36,634 nucleotides of DNA, taken from contig JAFXVB010000028.1 of the NCBI GenBank assembly GCA_017534945.1, forward strand, positions 1-36,634, read 5' to 3'. This document shows, piece after piece, positions 17,817 to 25,464 of the stretch (position 1 is the first letter of the stretch; the number at the start of each line of letters is the position of its first letter). The DNA is from Alphaproteobacteria bacterium (GTDB lineage: Bacteria; Pseudomonadota; Alphaproteobacteria; Rs-D84). The position numbers and the translations under genes are program-made. The notes beneath the pieces are model-generated. The model did no database searches and was not told the origin of the DNA. It saw only the letters and a list, made by a program, of their open reading frames with translations.

Positions 17817-18350
17817 ATGAATTACCCGTATATGCCAAAATCTACCGCGTTATGGTTGATTGAAAATACATCGCTTACATTTGAACAAATTGCTGATTTC
17901 TGCGGCATGCATGAATTAGAGGTTAAAAATATCGCCGACGCTGAAAGTCATAAAATGCAAGGGCTGGACCCTGTATTGAACGGTCAATTGACTCGCGAAA
18001 ATATTCGTGCGGCCGAAGCAGATCCATCTGTGCGCCTTGTTTTGACCGAAACAATTGTTGCAGCCCAGGAAAAAAATAAACGCAGTGGCGGCTATACACC
18101 AAAATTACATCGTCAAAATCGCATGGGTGGTATTTTGTGGATTTTGAAAAATTATCCAGAATTATCAGATGCCCAGGTTGCCCGCCTGATGCGCAGTACG
18201 AATCCAACGGTTTCATCTGTTCGTAACAAAACACACAAAGATTATGCGGATATTCATGTTTGCAACCCAATCACATTGGGATTGGTGTCCGAAGGTGTTT
18301 TAAAGGAAGAAGTGACCAAGGCTCAAAAAAAAGCGCAGAAAAACAAATAA
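17817..18350 (+). CDS. trcR: DUF1013 family / TrcR transcription regulator
   Basis: MPKSTALWLIENTSLTFEQIADFCGMHELEV, GLDPVLNGQLTRE, YTP, PELSDAQV. Confidence 0.88.
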   Translation: MNYPYMPKSTALWLIENTSLTFEQIADFCGMHELEVKNIADAESHKMQGLDPVLNGQLTRENIRAAEADPSVRLVLTETIVAAQEKNKRSGGYTPKLHRQNRMGGILWILKNYPELSDAQVARLMRSTNPTVSSVRNKTHKDYADIHVCNPITLGLVSEGVLKEEVTKAQKKAQKNK

Positions 18351-18377
18351 AAATCTTTAATTGAAAAAGGTTTGTTG

Positions 18378-20468
18378 ATGACTAAAAAATTGGATGACGC
18401 AACCAAAATGTTGGTTGATTCATTGCCAGAAAATCTTCAAAAACTGGCAAGTTCGGCAATTGAAAACGGCTATTTTTCGCAAAGCGATTTTCAAGAGGCA
18501 AGTACCTTGGACGAAGTTCCAAATGATGAACAGGCCGAAGTTCTGGATTTCTTTCAGCAAGATTTGGGACTCGAAGTTGTCGAATCCGAAAGTTATTCCA
18601 AGGATATGGACCGTTATTATCATGCCGAAGAAGATGATGACGAACCACGCGATAAAAGTCGTGACCTGTTAAATGCCGAAGCAGAACAGGTTGATGTCAA
18701 TGATGAAGATTATGACCATTACGCAAAACAATTGGAACGCAGTCAAACCGGAACATTGGTCTTGGGTGTCCAAGATTCTGTCCAATCTTATTTGAAACAA
18801 ATTGGTACAGTTCAATTATTGACCGCTGCCGGCGAAGTCGCAATTGCCCAAAGGATTGAGGCTGCATCGCGTTTGATGGTTTATGGCTTGTGCGAAAGTC
18901 CAATGACGATTCAGGCTATGTTGGATTGGTATCAACAACTGATAAACGAAGATATTCGTTTGCGTTATATTATCAACTTGGAAGTAATGTATTCTTCCGA
19001 AGCGGAACAAAAATCACTTGCCGCGATTTCTGAAACATTAAAATCCAAGGGCGTGGACCAGGTTGACGAATTAAACGATGATGATTTAGATGATTTAGAA
19101 GAATCCACCACAATCGAAGATGATGAAGATGATGAAGAAGATGAAGACGAAGACGGTATAAAAAAGGAAGAAACCCCACGTGGTTCTTCGGGTGTGCCAA
19201 TTCCTGTTATGGAAGATGCGGTTATGCCGTTGGTTGTGGATTTGTTTACAAAAATTAAACGCATCTTTAACAGCATGCAAAAATTACAAGCAAATCGTTT
19301 AGCAAACTTACTGGTATCCAATAAACCGGACGAAGAATTGGAAAAGAAATATAACAAAATGCGTCTGGAATTATTCGAAAATGTCAGCAAAATCCGCCTT
19401 AATGATGACCGTATTGCGGAAATCTTGGAACAATTGACCAAACGCGACCAATTATTAATGGGACTTGAAGGTAAGTTATTGCGTCTTGCCATGGCGAACA
19501 AGGTTAAACGCGAAGATTTCTTGGCGGAATATACTGGTAATGAAATCAATCGTAATTGGGTTAAAAAATTACAAAAACATAAAAATCCAGTCTGGGCAAA
19601 TTTTGCAAAGAAATGTGAAAAAGAAATTTTAAAAATCCAAGAAGATATTACGAATATCGCAAATGAAACCGGTCAACCAACTGCGGAATATAAAAAGGTC
19701 GTGGAATTGGTTCGTCGCGGACAAAGCGAGGCCGCACGTGCAAAACGCGAAATGATAGAGGCAAATTTGCGTCTTGTTATCAAATTTGCGAAAAAATCCA
19801 GCAATCGCGGCCTGGGACTTGATTTTTCGGACTTGGTCCAAGATGGCAATATCGGTTTGATGAAGGCTGTGGATAAATTTGATTATCGTTTAGGAAATAA
19901 ATTTTCAACATATGCAACAAATTGGATTCAACAGGGCATTTCGCGCAGTATTGCCGACCAGGCGCGCACGATTCGTATACCTGTGCATATGATTGATAAT
20001 ATACATAAAATCCAACGTGCAACGCGTCAATTTATGCATAAATATGGTCGCGCCCCAACGGCTGAAGAATTGTCAAAAATTATCTACTTGCCGGTGGATA
20101 AGATTCACAAGGCTATGAAGGTGAACTTGAAACCAATATCACTCGAAGCGCCTGTGGGAACCGAAGACGACAGCAGTCGTATTGAAATTATCGCAGATGA
20201 AACAGCCAAGAATCCATTTGTATCTGCGGCACAAAAGAATTTGCGTAAAATTGTCACACAAATTTTGTCGGAATTGGATCCAAAAGAAGAAACAGTCTTG
20301 CGTCAACGTTTCGGGATGAGTACGAATAAAACCAGTACCCTGGAAGAGGTTGGTGAATACATCGGTGTGACACGTGAACGTATTCGTCAAATCGAACAAA
20401 AGGCGTTGAACAAGTTGAAACACCCAACTCGTGCCCGCAAATTACGCAGTTTCTTGGAAGAAGATTAA
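18378..20468 (+). CDS. rpoD: Primary sigma factor RpoD with atypical region 2.3
   Basis: Region 1.2 (YLKQIGTVQLLT), long acidic NCR, MIEANLRLV, GNIGLMKAVDKF, IADQARTIRIPVHM, TLEEVG..VTRERIRQIE. Confidence 0.96.
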   Translation: MTKKLDDATKMLVDSLPENLQKLASSAIENGYFSQSDFQEASTLDEVPNDEQAEVLDFFQQDLGLEVVESESYSKDMDRYYHAEEDDDEPRDKSRDLLNAEAEQVDVNDEDYDHYAKQLERSQTGTLVLGVQDSVQSYLKQIGTVQLLTAAGEVAIAQRIEAASRLMVYGLCESPMTIQAMLDWYQQLINEDIRLRYIINLEVMYSSEAEQKSLAAISETLKSKGVDQVDELNDDDLDDLEESTTIEDDEDDEEDEDEDGIKKEETPRGSSGVPIPVMEDAVMPLVVDLFTKIKRIFNSMQKLQANRLANLLVSNKPDEELEKKYNKMRLELFENVSKIRLNDDRIAEILEQLTKRDQLLMGLEGKLLRLAMANKVKREDFLAEYTGNEINRNWVKKLQKHKNPVWANFAKKCEKEILKIQEDITNIANETGQPTAEYKKVVELVRRGQSEAARAKREMIEANLRLVIKFAKKSSNRGLGLDFSDLVQDGNIGLMKAVDKFDYRLGNKFSTYATNWIQQGISRSIADQARTIRIPVHMIDNIHKIQRATRQFMHKYGRAPTAEELSKIIYLPVDKIHKAMKVNLKPISLEAPVGTEDDSSRIEIIADETAKNPFVSAAQKNLRKIVTQILSELDPKEETVLRQRFGMSTNKTSTLEEVGEYIGVTRERIRQIEQKALNKLKHPTRARKLRSFLEED

Positions 20469-20493
20469 TAAGTCTGGGTGGCCAGAATAATAA

Positions 20494-20528
20494 TTCCCCT
20501 CCTGTGGAGGGGTGCCCATAGGGCGGGG
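20494..20528 (+). repeat. Solitary REP-like double-hairpin repeat, same family as the queA cassette arms
   Basis: ttcccctcc-tgt-ggaggggtgccc-ata-gggcgggg versus ttcccctct-ggct-agaggggtgccc-gca-gggcgggg at 569-604. Confidence 0.85.
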
Positions 20529-20571
20529 AGGGTGAATTACCCGAGAGAGAATAAATCAATAAGGAAACCTG

Positions 20572-21165
20572 ATGAAAAATATTCTCTTGTTTTGTAACGG
20601 ATTATCCGGCACAGGGAAAACTACATTTATAAATACATATGCGATACCGAATGGTTATCATAATTTAATTTCTGCGACAACGCGTAAAATGCGTGAAGGC
20701 GAACTTGACGGCGTTTCATATTATTTTCGTGATGAAAAGTATTTTGAAACAGAAAAATTCGCAACATACCTATTTGTGAACGAGGCTTTTTGGAAACCCG
20801 GCGAACCAAAATGGTTGTACGGTGTTCCTGAATTTGAAATTGAACAAAATTTAGGCAAAAATTTGATATATGATGTGATTCAGCCACGTTATACGCGTGA
20901 ATTGATGAACTGGTTTGTTGCACATAAATTGGATGAACAGTATGAATTCAAGGTTGCTTATTTCACCACTAAACAAGATAACTTTGAAATTGCCGAACAA
21001 CGCGCGGTTATGCAAAATGATTTGGCTGTCCGGCGTGCAAATACTTGCACATGGGACGACTTTGCTCGGGCGCGTGTAAATGTCGATTATGTCACAATGC
21101 CACGCGATAATAAACCAAATGTGGATTTAATCAAACTTGTCCAATCCGCCCAAAACATAAAATAA
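20572..21165 (+). CDS. Guanylate kinase-like P-loop protein (divergent)
   Basis: GLSGTGKTT, ISATTRKMREGELDGVSYYF; the C-terminal half is not canonical Gmk. Confidence 0.75.
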   Translation: MKNILLFCNGLSGTGKTTFINTYAIPNGYHNLISATTRKMREGELDGVSYYFRDEKYFETEKFATYLFVNEAFWKPGEPKWLYGVPEFEIEQNLGKNLIYDVIQPRYTRELMNWFVAHKLDEQYEFKVAYFTTKQDNFEIAEQRAVMQNDLAVRRANTCTWDDFARARVNVDYVTMPRDNKPNVDLIKLVQSAQNIK

Positions 21166-21182
21166 TTTCGTGTATAAAGGAT

Positions 21183-21647
21183 ATGTGTATGCCCCAAGAA
21201 ATTAGATTTTGTACACCCGATGGCCCATATTGGTTTTTAAGCCCTTTGGCTAAATTTCCAATAAAAATGTCTGTTGATGGTGGGGATTATATTTTCCCCA
21301 GTACGGAACATTATTATCAAGCGATGAAATTTTATGCAACCGATATACGGTTTAGCACAATTATTAATTTGGAAAATCCAGACGACGCGCGTTTGCTGAC
21401 AAAAACACCAAAATACAAAATAAATCGCAGGGATGACTTTGATAAGAATAAGTTTGATATTATGGAACGCGGATTGCGGGCGAAATTTGCTCAAAATCCA
21501 ACGGCTGCTGAAATGTTAAAACAAACAGGGGATGCGATATTGATAAAATCTTGTCCTGTATGCTATAAATGCGGCTTTGGTATCGGCAGTGGCACAAATC
21601 GTATTGGAAAAACTTTAATGCAAATAAGGGCGGAATTGCAAAGATAA
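21183..21647 (+). CDS. NADAR (YbiA-like) family protein
   Basis: FPSTEHYYQAMKF, LRAKFAQNP, LKQTGDAILI, GTNRIGKTLMQIR. Confidence 0.88.
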   Translation: MCMPQEIRFCTPDGPYWFLSPLAKFPIKMSVDGGDYIFPSTEHYYQAMKFYATDIRFSTIINLENPDDARLLTKTPKYKINRRDDFDKNKFDIMERGLRAKFAQNPTAAEMLKQTGDAILIKSCPVCYKCGFGIGSGTNRIGKTLMQIRAELQR

Positions 21648-21736
21648 CACAAAATCATTCAAATCGAATATAAAGCGAAATGTGTTGACAAAACGATGTG
21701 TTGTGCTATTGTTTTGGTCAGGGTACAGAATATTAT

Positions 21737-23440
21737 ATGACAAACGATTTTATTGAATTTTTACCTGATATGCAAAGCGTAAATTCTGAGATAACAACAG
21801 GATTTACACTGTTTTGCGACAATGAAAAGCTGGCAAATGCAATTCGTTTGAATTTGTTATGTGATTTTCACATACATTCTATGATTGATTTTGATGATAA
21901 TGGTGCTTATTCTATTATTCCACTTGAAACGCCAGACGATAAAACTATGCAAAACTTTATCTTTCGTGGTTGGAATTGGGATAAAAGTCAAAAATTTATA
22001 CATTATGCAATCACGTTATATAATCAAGATGCCACAATTAAATTATATAATATGCTGGTTGCGCGCGGGTATGATGCGATTTTGATAAATAATAATATGC
22101 AATTAACAGTAAAATGTTTAGACGATTCTCCGCGAAATACTGAAATCAAAGCATTAACCCAAGAATTAATAAAGTTCCAAAAATCATCTCCTGTATCTTT
22201 GGATAATTACTTTAATAAATTATTATTCTGTGGCAAAATAGAAAAAACAGAATATCGCCAAATTCGCAAACAAGAGTTCAGTCTTGATGAAGTGGAACAA
22301 GAGCGAGATATAATAATTCGCGGAATGTTATATCAATATTTTTATAAACGTATTCGTTCTTATTTGATGCCTACGGTATTTTCAAAAAAATTTGATGCAA
22401 ATAAATTAGATGATAAAACGAAAAGAAATATAAATTTAATTCGTGACTATTTGTATGCCGTTGCAGAAAAATATATAGATATGCAAATGATGAATGCAAT
22501 CAGGACAAATCACTCTATTTTTGTGCGCTTTGACTATTTGAAAAGTTGTAATCAGTATAAAGATTATCGTTCGGTACTGAAATTAGCAAAACAGTGGTAT
22601 AAAGAAAAATTACAAAAGGAAAAAATCAAAGAATACAATCTCAGGATGTCTGAAAAAGGCACATATAAAATAATGAATTGTGGTCCTGATTATTATGTCG
22701 TCCAATTATTTACCCCAAAAGCACCGGATTTTGAAGGTAGTATGCTAAATCATTGTGCTGGTGATGGTTATTATGATAATCAAGTACACAAAGAAAATGT
22801 ACAAATATATTCTATACGTGATTATCGTGGTATTCCGCACCTGACTCTGGAAGTAAATGATGGTAAAATAGTTCAATGTTATGGTTATAAAAATCATGTG
22901 CCGTGCGATGCAAAGTTAAGGCAGGTCGTACGTGCGTTGATGCGTCAAGAAAAATTGGACTTGCCAGATATAAACAGTTGGAATAAATTGATTGCATATA
23001 TAAAGCAAGATGGTGTTTTATATGATCTATTTGATTTGCCAAAAGATTTTATAGCACAAAGTACTATAAATTTAAGCGGTATGGATTTACATCAATTGCC
23101 TGATATGTCGACAGTAAAAGTCAAGGGTGATTTTTGGTGTCCAACAAATCAATTATCCACCATTGATGGCGCGCCCTATTCGGTTTCGGGGCATGTTAAA
23201 CTTAGTTATAATCCAATTACATCATTACGCGGATTTCCTCGGCATGTTGGGGGCAAGATTTATTTATCGCATACAAATTTAACCGCCAAATCATTTGTGC
23301 CACTTTATATCGAAAACAAACTTGATGATATTATCGGTTTGGACGACAAAACCATTGCTGCATGGAAACAACAAATAGCACAAAGAAAACACAAATTACA
23401 AACAATTATTACGTCGTTGAGTCAAAGAATTTCAAAATAA
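21737..23440 (+). CDS. PcfJ-domain protein with C-terminal leucine-rich-repeat-like region
   Basis: EGSMLNHCAG..IYSIRD..PHLTLEV..IVQCYGYKN; repeats GDFWCPTNQLSTIDGAP and SYNPITSLRGFP; TTGACA-16-TATTGT at 21685-21712. Confidence 0.7.
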   Translation: MTNDFIEFLPDMQSVNSEITTGFTLFCDNEKLANAIRLNLLCDFHIHSMIDFDDNGAYSIIPLETPDDKTMQNFIFRGWNWDKSQKFIHYAITLYNQDATIKLYNMLVARGYDAILINNNMQLTVKCLDDSPRNTEIKALTQELIKFQKSSPVSLDNYFNKLLFCGKIEKTEYRQIRKQEFSLDEVEQERDIIIRGMLYQYFYKRIRSYLMPTVFSKKFDANKLDDKTKRNINLIRDYLYAVAEKYIDMQMMNAIRTNHSIFVRFDYLKSCNQYKDYRSVLKLAKQWYKEKLQKEKIKEYNLRMSEKGTYKIMNCGPDYYVVQLFTPKAPDFEGSMLNHCAGDGYYDNQVHKENVQIYSIRDYRGIPHLTLEVNDGKIVQCYGYKNHVPCDAKLRQVVRALMRQEKLDLPDINSWNKLIAYIKQDGVLYDLFDLPKDFIAQSTINLSGMDLHQLPDMSTVKVKGDFWCPTNQLSTIDGAPYSVSGHVKLSYNPITSLRGFPRHVGGKIYLSHTNLTAKSFVPLYIENKLDDIIGLDDKTIAAWKQQIAQRKHKLQTIITSLSQRISK

Positions 23441-23456
23441 AACTCCAAGGCGTTTT

Positions 23457-25373
23457 TTATTTTCCTTTCAAATGTGTGTAAATAATACCTGTATCTGTTT
23501 TCAACAGTTTTGCTTTTACTGTATCCGGGTTATCGGTTTGTAAACCTGCCTCTAAAATCTTGTCAAAACCGCGTACAAATTGGGACGCTTGGGACCGGAA
23601 TATAGCATCATTTTTCAACAATTCACGAACCTGTTTCTTATCAGATGCGTTTAACATTTTTGCCAACCATTTTGAAAATATAGTTTTGTCCCCATCGTGG
23701 TATTTTTTCCAAACAACATCTGGAATTTCTGCGCCAACCGCGCGTGTTAAATCCATAGATAATTCATGCAGTTTATCAAAATCCACAGTTTTTAAAAAGT
23801 CAACGCCTGATGCCGCCGCAATCGGTGCTGCCGGGGCAGACTTAATTGCTTCCATTGGGGCGGTTGCGCGTGCAACCATCATTTGTTTATTTAATGTTTG
23901 CAATGTATTCACAGCCTTGGCATAGTCTGCCATTAAATCAATCATTTGTTGACGTGATTGACCCGCCAAATCTTCCATTTTTGCGGCGGATTCTGCAATT
24001 GCACCGGTGGAATCAGCAACCGCCTGTTTAATCAATGTGATATTTTTATTCATATTCGTGACAATCTTGTTCAAATTGTCATTTGTTTCAATCGATGTTT
24101 GCGACAAATCGGGCAGGGCGGCATAATATTTTTCAATCAGCGCAGACAACGGTTCTAATTGTGCTGTGGTATCGGCGGACAACTTAATTAAATTCTGGGA
24201 TTGACCTGATAATTGCGTGTGTGCCGTATTCATTTCTATCAGTGTTTCACGCACACCGGTTGCCATTGTTTTAACAGATTCTGAAAACGCGTTTGCCGCG
24301 GTCTTGGTGTTTTCCAATGTCACATTTGCAACCCCGGATACTGTTTTTATCTCAGAAACAACAGATGTTGCAAAATCTTTGATTTCATCATTAAAGTGAT
24401 TGGTTAATCCTGATAATTCATTTGAAACGCCACGAACCGAAGCCTCTGTTGTGGTGGCGGATGTCATCAAAGCGTCAACCGCATCGGTCAATTTGCGTGT
24501 TTGTTTATCGATTGAAGATTCTGCTAATTGAACTTGGCTTGCCACTACATTTGCGGTATTGGTAAGTGTATTTGCTTGGGCAACCAATTGTTTTTTTGCC
24601 TGTTTTCCATATGCATCCAATTTGACCAAATGATCGTTCATAAATTTGTCGTTTGTGCGTAAAACTTCTTCATATCCAGCGGCCGAAGTTTTAATACCAT
24701 CAAATCCGTCGGCCACAGATTTATTCAATTCGCCCAAAGTGTTTTTCATGGCTTCGGTTTCATCGGTTAACGTTTTTATCTGGTTCGCATTATTTTCAAA
24801 ATTAGTATTCAATTCGCTATTTAATTTTTCCCCAGATTCAATCCAATTTGCCATCTGGGTTTGAATATTATCAACACGTGAATTTACGTCCGCGGTGGTT
24901 GTATCAATCTTTGTCAATATATCATTTAAATTCGCAGAAAAATTATCTGCGGAATTTGCGACATCCACCCAAGAATTTGATTTGACAATGCTTTGTAATC
25001 CATCAACAGTATTTTCTAATCTTTGTGACATATTGGCAACTTTCTTGGTGGCATCATCCGCCATATTCACCAATGTATCATTTTGTTCGGTCAAAGTTTT
25101 GTTCAGGTTTTCTGCTGTTTGAATTTGATATTGCAAAGTTTCTTGTATCATTTGAAACCCGGTGTGAATTTTGGCAATTTCATCCGCCAAAATTTTGCTT
25201 AAAACACGTGATGCATCTGCAATTTGTGCGCGTTCTGGTTGGGTTAATATGGTCAACAAAGATTCCATAACGCGTTGACTTTTATGTGATATAAAAAACG
25301 ATATGCCCAACGCAACCAATAATAAAAAGCAAATTGAACACAGTATAATCAATAAAATATTTGTGATTGGCAT
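23457..25373 (-). CDS. Membrane-anchored coiled-coil protein, TipN/GPR(RgsE)-like pole organiser
   Basis: N-terminal TM, about 480 aa helical region, C-terminal LHELSMDL..WKKYHDGD..F..FRSQASQFVRGFDKIL..LLKTDTGIIY pattern typical of these proteins. Confidence 0.65.
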   Translation of the reverse strand: MPITNILLIILCSICFLLLVALGISFFISHKSQRVMESLLTILTQPERAQIADASRVLSKILADEIAKIHTGFQMIQETLQYQIQTAENLNKTLTEQNDTLVNMADDATKKVANMSQRLENTVDGLQSIVKSNSWVDVANSADNFSANLNDILTKIDTTTADVNSRVDNIQTQMANWIESGEKLNSELNTNFENNANQIKTLTDETEAMKNTLGELNKSVADGFDGIKTSAAGYEEVLRTNDKFMNDHLVKLDAYGKQAKKQLVAQANTLTNTANVVASQVQLAESSIDKQTRKLTDAVDALMTSATTTEASVRGVSNELSGLTNHFNDEIKDFATSVVSEIKTVSGVANVTLENTKTAANAFSESVKTMATGVRETLIEMNTAHTQLSGQSQNLIKLSADTTAQLEPLSALIEKYYAALPDLSQTSIETNDNLNKIVTNMNKNITLIKQAVADSTGAIAESAAKMEDLAGQSRQQMIDLMADYAKAVNTLQTLNKQMMVARATAPMEAIKSAPAAPIAAASGVDFLKTVDFDKLHELSMDLTRAVGAEIPDVVWKKYHDGDKTIFSKWLAKMLNASDKKQVRELLKNDAIFRSQASQFVRGFDKILEAGLQTDNPDTVKAKLLKTDTGIIYTHLKGK

Positions 25374-25464
25374 TTTTCTCCCCGTATATTTATATATATC
25401 CTTGCAGTGCATTTGAATATATACTAAAATAAAACGCAGAAAGCAAGACTATAAATCGTATAAA

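Noticed and set aside
19060-19160. GATGAA/GATGAT tandem repeat
   Set aside because: Encodes the ordinary acidic loop in the RpoD non-conserved region.
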